A stretch of DNA of 64,000 nt from Ranitomeya imitator. Its lineage: Eukaryota. Below the pieces are notes generated by a model. It saw nothing but the letters and a program-made list of their open reading frames with translations. It searched no databases and was not told where the DNA came from. The DNA is taken from assembly GCF_032444005.1 (NCBI RefSeq), contig NC_091282.1, positions 307,706,001-307,770,000 on the forward strand. Direction: 5' to 3'. Below, one piece after another: positions 41,201-51,881 of the stretch. The first letter of the stretch is position 1; every line of letters starts with the position of its first letter. A program made the position numbers and the translations under genes.

Positions 41201-42534
41201 CTGATTGTACTACAACGTACTGGTTATTCCAACATACTGGACATTATAACGTCAGTTTGCAATTTTCACTCAGCAACATCCACTGCTGCTTGTTTCTGGA
41301 AAACACCCATGGAGTCAAAATAATCATTAAACCTGTAGATAAATTCCCAAAGGGGTATAATTTCAAAAATGGGGTCACTTGAGGGGGATTCTGCTTTTCT
41401 CGCACTTAGAGGCTCTGTATAATGAGTCCGTAAACTATTCTAGGAAAATCTGCGTTCCAGGAGGCAAATAGCGCTCTGTCCCTCCCTAGTCTCGCTGTAT
41501 GGCAAAGTAGTACTGTACAGCCTCATATGGGATATTTCTACATTCAGCAGAAATTGTGGGACACATTTTGGTGCCATTTTACCCATTTCCCAGTATAAAA
41601 ATGTAAAATTTGGGGCTAACACACAAACTGGGTGGTAAAAATGTAATTATTTTTTCTCTGATCGCCCATGACGGCACCACGGAGAGAGGGGATCCGCCCA
41701 CCAAGGACAGGAAACCTACGGATAAAAAGGCGGTACCACTCTCCTGCATCAGTTAGTTTCCTGTCCTTGATGGGAGACCTACGGACTTACCGGTCAACGT
41801 TGGAATTCCGGGGCCAACCAGTCCGACTCAGGCAGCTGGGGTCCCTCTGCCTCGGCTGGGGTGGTGACCCGAAGCACCACCGCTGGGGGCTAGTGGGCCT
41901 CTAGGGTGAGTGGGGGAGGTGACAAGGAGTTCGCGGTCACCTCCCCAGGTAAGATGCAGCAGCGGCAACATCCAGCGGAGTCCCTCTGTGGTTGCGGGAG
42001 GTGCGGCGCGGCCCTCCCCTAGAACGCGTCAGCCTGCACACTGCACTGCCATCGGGCATGCAGAGCCGCGCGGTAGGGTCTGCATAGGACCGGGGGTGCC
42101 GGTCAGCAGCGCCATATCTGCACTCCGGGCGGCCGTCTTGAGAGTCCGGTGCATGCCCGGAGTTGCGCTGGTCTCGCGAGACGCTGTGGCTTGGATCTGT
42201 GCAGGCGCCTCTGAAACCCGACTGCGCAGGCGTCGGCGCTCCTCGCCGTTGTCTGGACGCCACTGCGCAGGCGACGCCGATCTGACGCTTGGGCGTTCCA
42301 AAAGGCGCCGCAGAAGCATCTGCGCAGGCGCCGGCGTTCAACGCTCCTCGCCGTCGGCTGAGCGCTACTGCGCAGGCGCCGAAAAAAAAAAAAAAAGCGG
42401 CGGGAGCTTTAAAAGTGAGAATTTACTTCCTCCCAGTGGCTCTGCAGTATATCGGCAAGAGCCTTGGGAGCTACTAGTTGTCGCAGCATCAGCGCAGCAT
42501 GCGTTATTGGCAGTGACAGCAGTCCAGCAGCAGT

Positions 42535-44035
42535 ATGAGCAACCCGGCATCTCCCTTGCCTGAATCACCTCCACCTATAGCATCGCCGCAGCAGCAGCAA
42601 AAGAGGCGACAGCAGAAAGGTCACCAGGACACCAGCAAAGAACGCCAAAGGTCTCAACACAGCAAGGAGTCCAGCACGGCGTCGGGGAAAAAGCCAGAAG
42701 CAGAGAATCCCCAACCGGTATTTATGGGTCCTGGAGGTGGTAAGTTGATCTTCGTGAAAGTTAGAGACAGTAAGATTATTATTTGTCTCTTTTAGGGGAG
42801 GAAAAGCGTAGGTAAAACAAAGCACAAAATCTGTGCCATCTGTAAAGAGGATCTTCCACCCGCATGGGAGAAGCAGCTATGTAATTCCTGCATACAGCAG
42901 ACTGTATCCGAAAGCCTGCCTGGGTTTGCAACAGATCTTAAAAACCTGATTAAAGAACAGGTGGAAGACACCTTTAGATCCCTTAAAAGGGGAAAAAAAC
43001 GGAGAAGGACCAGACACAGGTCCCCGTCCCCAGTCTCTAAATCTGACAGCGATAGTGCGAGTTCAGTATCCTCCTCCTCCTCCTCCTCATCTTCATCATC
43101 CACTTCTTCCTCAGGAGGTCACAATTGTTTCCCGCTAGAGGACACCGATGGCCTCATAAAGGCAGTGAGGAGTACTATGGGATTAGTAGACTCCCACCCT
43201 AAAAAGTCAGCACAAGACATCATGTTTGGGGGCTTAGAACAAAAAAAGAGAAGAGCTTTCCCGCTTAATGAAGCAATTGCAGCGTTCATTAAGAAGGAAT
43301 GGAAAAAACCCATGAAAAAGACTCTCCTAACTCCAAAAAGGAAATACCCCTTCGAGGATGAATCCTGCTCCTTTTGGGAAAAAGCCCCCAAATTAGATGT
43401 AGCAATTGCTAAAGCATCAAAGAAATTCGCTCTCCCGTTTGAGGACATGGGGGTCCTAAAAGACCCTATGGACAAGAAGGCGGACGCCTTCCTCAAGGGC
43501 TCTTGGGAGTCAGCGGGAGGAGGCCTGAAACCGGCAGTGGCAGCAGCTTGCACATCCCGCTCCCTAATGATCTGGTTAAATCAACTAGAGGGTCAATTAA
43601 AGGGGAAGACTTCCCGAGACTCAATGCTGAAGACATTACCTGTAATAAGGGGAGCTGCGGCTTTTCTGGCTGACGCCTCGGCAGACTCTATCAGATTAGC
43701 TGCCAGGTCAGCAATGTTTGCCAATGCGGCCAGGCGTGCCCTCTGGCTTAAGAATTGGCCTGGCGATCTGCAAGCAAAAACAAAACTGTACTATCCCCTG
43801 CGAAGGAGAGTTTTTGTGCGGTTCCACATTAGACGACATCTTGGAAAAAGCAGGGGACAAGAAAAAGTCCTTTCCCTCTCTAGGTCTCCTCTCTTACCGG
43901 AAGCCCTTTCGGAACAAGAGATTTTTCCGCAAGAACCCTGGGAGAGGCCAGGGAAAGTGGGAGGATAAGAGGAACAAAAACAAGGGGTTCATCTTTAACA
44001 AAAACCCCAGCGATAACAAGAAACCTTCTCAATGA
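42535..44035 (+). pseudogene. DIRS gag-like ORF1 (probable intron 42718-42795; frameshift near 43790)
   Basis: CAIC...CNSC zinc motif, Ser-rich tract, LDVAIAKASKK, ARRALWLKNW; C-terminus in frame 43718-44035. Confidence 0.8.
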
Positions 44036-44048
44036 AGGTTCGCCCCAG

Positions 44049-45928
44049 GTGGGAGGGAGATTATCTCTCTTTCTCCCAGCCTGGAAAAAGATTACCTCCA
44101 GTCAATGGATTCTGAACATTATAGAATCAGGTCTGAGGCTGACATTCAAAAGATGCCCCCGTCCCTCTTTTACGATGACATCTATAAGATCTTCGGCAGA
44201 AGAACAGCTGGCACTGGAAAACGAGGTCATCGGGTTAATAAAAAAGGGAGTACTCCTGGAGATTCCCCTACAAGAAAGAGGGCAAGGGTACTATTCCCCT
44301 CTATTCCTGAGGAAGGAACCAGACGGTTCCTTCAGGACCATTATAAATCTAAAAAAACTAAACGATTACCTGGAGGTTCAAGCATTCAAGATGGAAACGA
44401 TAAAATCTATCAAGATGTTGTTTCCCCAATGCTTCATGGCGGTCCTGGACCTAAAGGACGCATATTATCACGTCCCAATACACAAGGATCACCAGAGATT
44501 CCTCTGGATGGCAGTTCACATCAGGGGAGTCCTAAATCACTTCCAATTTTCAGCTCTACCATTTGGTCTTGCCATAGCCCCGAGGGTTTTCACAAAGCTG
44601 ATAGCAGAGGTAATGGCTCACCTCAGGGAAGAAAATACCCTAATCGTTCCATATCTGGACGATTTCTTGGTGATAGGCTCCTCCCCGCAACATTGCGAGG
44701 ATCAACTGGCAATAGTGATGCATTCTTTGAAGGAATTGGGTTCTCTAATAAACATAGGAAAATCCAGACTAATGCCTTCTCAGGTCCAGGAGTACCTGGG
44801 TCTCACTCTAGACTCCAAAAAGATGGAATGTCGGCTCCCGGAGAACAAGATACAAAAACTAAAAAGTTTAGTATCGAGAACCCAATCTCTCCCCTCCATA
44901 ACACTCCGTCAGGCCATGTCCCTCTTAGGCTCCATGACCTCTTGCATCCCAGCAGTCCAGTGGGCCCAATTACATTCAAGAGATCTTCAATGGCAGATAT
45001 TGTCGGAGCAAATCCATCTAGGAGGGCATTTAGACGGGCAGTTAACTCTATCTCATCGCACCAGTCACTCTCTGACATGGTGGAAATCGCAGGAAAATCT
45101 TTCCCGGAGAGTCCCGTGGGTAATTCAGATCTCGAAAGTCCTGACTACGGATGCAAGCCCTTCAGGGTGGGGGCTCATCTGGGCGACCTAGTAACCCAGG
45201 GCATTTGGTCTCCATCTACAGTAAACAAATCCTCCAACATGAAGGAGCTCCTTGCAGTAAAATATGCCCTTCAGGAATTCTTGGGGGTCCTTCACTCTCA
45301 CCATGTAAGAGTAATGTCGGACAATCGGGTGGTAGTATCTTACCTAAATCACCAGGGGGGTACCCGTTCCAAAAATCTAATGGAAGTGACCAAATCAATC
45401 CTGCAAATAGCCGAGAGCAACCTCTTATCCCTAACAAGCCTACACATAAGGGGAGTAGACAACTACAAAGCAGACTTCCTCAGCCGGTCCAGTCTAAAAC
45501 AGGGGGAATGGGAACTAAATCAGGTGATATTCACCCAGATCACAGAAAGATGGGGTGTTCCCAAAATAGATCTCTTTGCGAGTCATCTAAACAAAAAAGT
45601 AACCTCCTTCTGCTCCCTAGCTCCCCTGGGGAACCCAGTAGCTGTGGACGCTTTCCTGATATCTTGGGGTCACCATCTGGTCTATGCCTTCCCTCCTCTT
45701 ATTCTGATTCCAGCAGTGCTGAGGAAGATTCGGGAGGACGGGGCGCTGGTCATCTTAATTGCCCCGTTCTGGCCGAAGAGACCTTGGTTCTCATGGATGA
45801 GGAAGATGTCAATATCCGACCCTTGGGTGTTGCCAGACCGCCAGGATCTATTGTCGCAGGGCCCAGTCTGTCATCCTCGAGTCAAGAACTTGCACTTGAC
45901 AGCTTGGCTTTTGAAAGGAAATTATTAG
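44049..45928 (+). pseudogene. DIRS RT / RNase H / DNA adenine methyltransferase-like ORF, frameshift near 45178
   Basis: LDLKDAYYHVPI, LPFGL, YLDD, TTDAS; second frame continues SSNMKELLAV, SDN, HIRGVDNYKADFLSR, IDLFAS, YAFPP. Confidence 0.9.
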
Positions 45929-46902
45929 AAAGCAGGGGGTTCTCTCCAGGATTAATCTCAACTCTGTTACAAAGTAGGAAGCCGGTTACAACAAAACAAT
46001 ACGGCAAAATAGGGAAAGAAATTCCCCTTGCTTCCATACTAGAATTCCTACAAAATGGGTTGGAGATGGGTTTAGCCACTAGCACCCTAAAAGTTCATGT
46101 GGCGGCATTAGGAGCCCTATTTAACTTTGACTTGGCTTCAAATAGGTGGGTCTCTAGATTCATCAGGGCGGCAGGAAGATCAAGGCCTCTTCCAGTAAAA
46201 GTTGTTCCTCAATGGGACTTAAACTTGGTCCTTAAAGCCTTGACTAGTCCGCCATTCGAACCATTACACGAATCTACAATAAAAAGCCTATCTCTCAAAA
46301 CAGCTTTATTAGTCGCCCTTACTTCTGCCCGTAGGGTTAGCGATTTAAAGGCTCTTTCAGTTAACCCTCCTTACACACAGTTCTTAAAAGATAGGGTCAT
46401 TTTAAAAACAGACCCAGCATATCTCCCAAAAGTGGCTTCAAAATTTCACAGGTCTCAAAAGATATCTCTCCCCTCCTTCTGTCCCAATCCTAAAAATAAG
46501 GAGGAACAAACACTACATACACTAGATGTAAGAAGATGTCTCTTACATTACCTAGAAGTCACTAGAGAGAGTAGGGAGGATTCCTCTCTGTTTGTGTGTT
46601 TCCAGGGTCCCCGGAAGGGGAAAAAAGCATCTAAAGCCACCATAGCAAGATGGATCACGGACGCCATCAGTTTCTCATACTCGGCAAGTGGGATGTCCGT
46701 TCCCGGGGAGGTTAAGGCTCACTCAACAAGGGCAGTAGCGACTTCCTGGGCCGAGAAGGCCGGAGCTTCCATTGACCAGATATGTAGAGCTGCTACCTGG
46801 TCCTCACCATCCACATTCTATAGGCACTATAGATTGGACCTAATTTCCTCTTCAGACCTTACTTTCGGTAAAAGGGTTCTGGAGGCGGTGGTCCCTCCCT
46901 GA
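45910..46902 (+). CDS. DIRS tyrosine recombinase (short internal deletion near the N-terminus)
   Basis: TSARRVSDL (R), HSTRA (HxxR), AATW, FYRHY (Y). Confidence 0.88.
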   Translation, partial: FERKLLESRGFSPGLISTLLQSRKPVTTKQYGKIGKEIPLASILEFLQNGLEMGLATSTLKVHVAALGALFNFDLASNRWVSRFIRAAGRSRPLPVKVVPQWDLNLVLKALTSPPFEPLHESTIKSLSLKTALLVALTSARRVSDLKALSVNPPYTQFLKDRVILKTDPAYLPKVASKFHRSQKISLPSFCPNPKNKEEQTLHTLDVRRCLLHYLEVTRESREDSSLFVCFQGPRKGKKASKATIARWITDAISFSYSASGMSVPGEVKAHSTRAVATSWAEKAGASIDQICRAATWSSPSTFYRHYRLDLISSSDLTFGKRVLEAVVPP

Positions 46903-47969
46903 ATGTACTATCTATGCAATTCTCTCCGTGGTGCCGTCATGGGCGATCAGAGAAAAATATAGTTCTTACCGATAACGGTATTTCTCTGAGCCCATGACGG
47001 CACCCGTACATTCCCTCCCTTCACTTGTGGGTGCTCACATCAAAATAGTGCCATAGTCTACTCATAGTTTTAAAGTCACGCGGTATCTAGTTATGATAAA
47101 CAGTTAAAATTAACAAATGTTTAGTAGTCTCCCATCGTTCTCTATGTAAAACAACTGATGCAGGAGAGTGGTACCGCCTTTTTATCCGTAGGTTTCCTGT
47201 CCTTGGTGGGCGGATCCCCTCTCTCCGTGGTGCCGTCATGGGCTCAGAGAAATACCGTTATCGGTAAGAACTATATTTTTCTTCACTGCCAAGTGGTATA
47301 AAATTCAGTGACACACCTGTGGTGCCAATATAATCACTGCACCCCTAGATGAATTCATTGAGAGGTTTACAAATAGAGAACAAGACCAGCACATCCAAGC
47401 TAGTGTGAACAGGCGCCAACAAAAAAAAACAAAAAAACAAGTTGAGAAACGATAAAGGTTGCACCATTATTTACCAAGAATGATTACTCTAGAACATTGA
47501 AAATGCATTACTGCCATAGAAAATAGGAAAAAATCGATATATAATGTACATTTTTCCTATTTTCTTTGGCATTGAGAAGTTTAGATTGTAAAATGGGGTC
47601 ATTTATGCTATTCTGGCACCTCAGGGCCTCTGCCAATGTAACATGGCAGCGACAAACAATTGCAGCAGTATCTGCACTGTAATATGACGCTTCTTCCCTT
47701 TTGAGTTTTGCACTGTGCCTCGAAAGTAATTTTCAACCACATATGGAGTATCAGTGAATTCAGGAGAAATTGCACATTTTCTCATGTTACCCTTGTGAAA
47801 ATACGAAATTTGGAGCTGAAAAGGATTTTTGTGGGAAAAATGTGATTTGACTGAAGCCTGTCTCCCCTGACTTCTCCCCAGCTTCTAGAAATTCCAAAAG
47901 TCGCAACATTTTTAGTGCAAAATTTTTACAAGTCTTCAGAGTGTTGTTTTTTTGGTGTGTGTATGTATG

Positions 47970-47973
47970 TATA

Positions 47974-48018
<45 letters not shown>
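47970..48018. repeat. (TG)n(TA)n compound microsatellite
   Basis: Direct reading. Confidence 0.95.
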
Positions 48019-48023
<5 letters not shown>

Positions 48024-48025
48024 TA

Positions 48026-50246
48026 CTAGATGGTGGCCCGATTCTAACGCATCGGGTATTCTAGAATATGTATTTGTGTATGTATATAGCAGCCACATAG
48101 TATATAGCACAGGCCACGTAGTATATAGGAGCCATTTAGTATATAGCAGACAAATACTACATGGTCTGTGCTATATACTATGTGGCTGCTATATACATAC
48201 ATATTGTAGAATACCCGATGCGTTAATACAGGCCACGCAATATATAACAGTGGCCATGCAGTATATAACACAGCCACATACTATATAACACAGCCCACGC
48301 AGTATATACACTGGCCACGTAATATATAGCACAGCCCACGCAGTATATAGCAGTCATGTAGTATATAACACTGCCCACGCAGTATATAGCAGCCACGTAG
48401 TATATAACACTTCCCACGCAGTATATCAGTGGCCACGGAATATATAGCACAGCTCGCGCAGTACATAACAGAGCCCACATAGTATATAACAGTGCCTATG
48501 TAGTATATAACACAGCCCACGCAGTATATAGCAGCCAGGCAGTATATAATACTGGCCACATAATATATAGCACAGCCCACGCAGTATATAGCAGTCATGT
48601 AGTATATAACACTGCCCACGCAGTATATAGCAGCCACGTAGTATATAACACTGCCCACGCAGTATATAACAGTGGCCACGTAATATATAGCACAGCTCAC
48701 GCAGTACATAACACAGCCCACATAGTATATAACACTGCCTATGTAGTATATAACACAGCTGCGTACTATATAACACAGCCCAGAGGGACACAGGGCAGAG
48801 GGACGCCGAGGTTTATCCACATGTGGCTGACTACAAGGTACACTCTTTAATATATGTATATTTAAGCTCATTTGTGAGGGTGCACGGGTTACAGGGATAT
48901 TGAGAGGATTAGTGTTTAGCTACCCAGTTATGGTAATGTTATAACAGTCAGGCAGGCACATGCATCCTTGGCTTATCATCTTGTATGGATTTTACTATAT
49001 CTTCGTGACACACGACATGTATATATTCTGATGAGTCAGTCCATTGTTTAGGGTTAACCTATGGCAGAGTTGTCCCTTTTCTTGTGGTTCCAGTACCCTT
49101 GTCTGTCAATAATTATATGTTGTTTTTATGAAGATTATTTCAATAAAATATTGTTTTTAAATATAGTACCATGGTGAGGTCAGTCTATATTTTTTGGTCA
49201 CACCTTTAGTGATATATTTAACTGTTTATCGTACAGTGTTCCCCATTATGGAGGGGCGTTGAGAAATAGTATTGAGCAAATTTTGTGGATATATAACACA
49301 GCCCACGCAGTATATAGCAGCCACGCAGTATATAACACAGGTGACGTAGTATATAACACAGGCCACGCAGTATATAGCAGCCACGTAGTATATAACCCTG
49401 CCCACGCAGTATATAGCAGCCACGTAGTATATAACACTGCCCACGCAGTATATAACAGTGGGCATGTAATATATAGCACAGCCCACGCAGTACATAACAC
49501 AGCCCACATAGTATATAACACTGCCCATGTAGTATATAGCAGCCACGCGGTATCTAACACAGCCCACGTGGTATACAGCAGTGTGGGAACCATATCCCTG
49601 GTAAAAAAAAATAATTAAAATAAAAAATAGTTATGTACTCACACCCTGGGATCCACCGAAGCTCCGGCGATACGCGCGCGGCTGCTGCCATCTTCCGTTC
49701 CCAGGATGCATTGCGAAATTACCCAGATGACTTAGCGAGTCTCGCGAGACCGCTAAGTCTTCTGGATAATTTCGCAATGCATCGCCGGGAACGGAAGATG
49801 GTGGCAGGCGCGAGCGTATCTTCGGACGACGGAGGGTGAGAATAGCAGGTTTTTTGTTTTTTTATTATTTTTAACATTACATTTTTTTACTATTGATGCC
49901 GCATAGGCAGCATCAATAGTAAAAAGTTATGGACACACAGGGTTAATAGCAGCGGTTACGGAGTGCGTTACCCGCGGCATAACGCGGTCCGTTACCGCTG
50001 GCATTAACCCTGTGTGAGCGGTGACTGGAGGAGAGTATGCGGGCGCCGGGCGCTGATTGCGGGGAGTAAGGAGTGGCCATTTTCTTCCGGACTCTGCCCG
50101 TCGCTGATTGGTCGTGGATGTTTTGCCGCGACCAATCAGCAACTTGGATTTCCATGACAGACAGAGGCCGTGACCAATGAATATCCGTGACAGACAGAAG
50201 GACAGACAGAAAGACGGAAGTGACCCTTAGACAATTATATAGTGGA
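48026..50246 (-). mobile_element. Non-autonomous Helitron, family B, with a GCAGTATATA-type minisatellite
   Basis: Minus strand A|TCCACTATATAATTG... hairpin cccgat-gcgttaga-atcggg ... CTAG|T. Confidence 0.8.
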
Positions 50247-50822
50247 TGTAGACACATATACTAACTGGATATAATATTTAAACTGACTGTCTAAGGTGTA
50301 GATCAACTTCTTTGCTCCCAAAATAGCAATCACAAGTGTAAGTGTGGACTTCACAACACCTCTGAAGAATCCTGAGGTATCTAACACCAACGTCGTTTTT
50401 TGATGGACAAGGGCAAAGAAGAGCCCTGGTTGTTTTTGTTTTTTTTTGAGGGGGGGTTTTGCCTGGAATTTCTGGACTGTTGGCCCTGATTCAGGTCTTT
50501 ACGTCTAGGTCATGCTACGCTGAGGAAGGTGGATTTTCATATAAACTTTATTGAAAGCATGAAATACTTGGTTTTGATTACTACAGATGAGAACACGTTT
50601 CAAGAAGTTCCATTGTAACATTGCTTCTAGCACGTTCTCTAATCACTAATTTTTAACAATTATTTGCTATGTTAATATCTTGCATTTTAGAGTTTATTTT
50701 GCACATTTAAAAATTAAATTTCTGATATTGGCAATGGAAACTGTCTCCACTGTATAGCATGCAATGTCTGATGCTCCTCCACAGTTCAGCTGTTAATTTG
50801 CGGTTCTCATTTATATCACCAG

Positions 50823-50876
50823 ATCAATGCCGACCAACTGATTAAAATCCAGGAGCTGCAGGAGAAGCTTACTAAA
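50823..50876 (+). CDS. CIT: Citron kinase exon (INADQLIKIQELQEKLTK)
   Basis: atcaccag|...|gtaagt; 54 bp; matches recalled mammalian INAEQQLKIQELQEKLEK. Confidence 0.93.
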
Positions 50877-51063
50877 GTAAGTGGTGGGTTTGATATCCGG
50901 TGAATGATACTGCTAGCCGTCACAGAAATTTTGTGGTTTCTAACTGATAGGAGGAGTATTAGCAGGAACTTTAGACATATTTTCTTTTAAACAGCCACAT
51001 ATGTAGGTAGAAGGAGATATGGGCTTTGGTTCATTAAGACCATTGTTTCCCACCACACCAGTC

Positions 51064-51881
51064 TTAGGCTACGTTCACATTTGCTATATTAAGAAAAAAG
51101 GAGCGCACTCAGCTATCTTAGGTTGGTGCTGGCTGTACTTGGGAAAAACCCAACAACAAGTCCAATATAGAAAAATCAGCCGCACTCTTATGGTATATCT
51201 TTGCAAAAATGTGATGTATTTATTCACATGTGTTGAGACAAAATTTTCATATATATATACACACACACAGCAGGGAGTATAAACGAAGTAGTAACGTTTC
51301 GACCCTGCCTCGGGTCTTTCTCAAACTGCGTTTTCTAGATAGTGTGAAAAATAAGAAGTGTGGTCCCTTTAAGGGCTCCTATTGTTGTGGTGTCAGGCCG
51401 TCCTGCTTCTGTGGGCGTGTGTGGGCCCACAGAAGCAGGACGACCTGACACCACAACAATAGGAGCCCTTAAAGGGACCACACTTCTTATTTTTCACACT
51501 ATCTAGAAAAGCAGTTTGAGAAAGACCCGAGGCAGGGTCGAAACGTTACTACTTCGTTTATACTCCCTGCTGTGTGTGTGTATATATATGAACATTTTGT
51601 CTCAACACATGTGAATAAATACATCACATTTTTGCAAAGATATACGTTCACATTTGCGTTGTTGGGCGCAGCGTCGGCGACGCAACCAACAACGCATGTA
51701 CACAACGCAGCGTTTTGCGACGCATGCGTTGTCATAAGATCGTACAGAGCAGGAATTTCGGCACAGGGAAAACGCTACAAGTAGCGTCCTCTGCGCCCTG
51801 TCTGTGTGTCAATATGACGCATGCGTCGTAAAACGCATACCGACGCATGCGCCCATCAACGCAAATGTGAACGTAGCCTTA
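51064..51881. mobile_element. TTAA-type MITE interrupted by a palindromic insertion
   Basis: TTAGGCTACGTTCACATTTGC...GCAAATGTGAACGTAGCCTTAA; 15-mer TACGTTCACATTTGC duplicated at 51070-51084 and 51643-51657. Confidence 0.8.
51193..51645. repeat. 453-bp near-perfect palindrome (Penelope-type inverted pseudo-LTR)
   Basis: Arms 51193-51416 and 51425-51645, 8-nt spacer; each arm carries a variant hammerhead-like motif. Confidence 0.9.

Larger units (their letters stand above)
41651..47282 (+). mobile_element. DIRS1-type tyrosine-recombinase retrotransposon, near complete, mildly decayed
   Basis: Inverted terminal repeats at about 41651-41772 and 47152-47250 plus a right extension; internal complementary region about 46920-47005 matching both termini; gag, RT, RNase H, methyltransferase and YR ORFs. 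Confidence 0.95.

Noticed and set aside
44105-45170. N-terminal part of the 607-aa ORF (and of the 583-aa ORF from 45151)
   Set aside because: Alternative frames over the RT or RNase H coding sequence. Only the C-terminal parts carry recognisable motifs.
49028-49037. CTGATGAGTC hammerhead half-core
   Set aside because: No stem II partner or GAAA follows, so it cannot fold as a ribozyme.
50520-50528. CTGAGGAAG half-core
   Set aside because: No downstream stem II-GAAA module.
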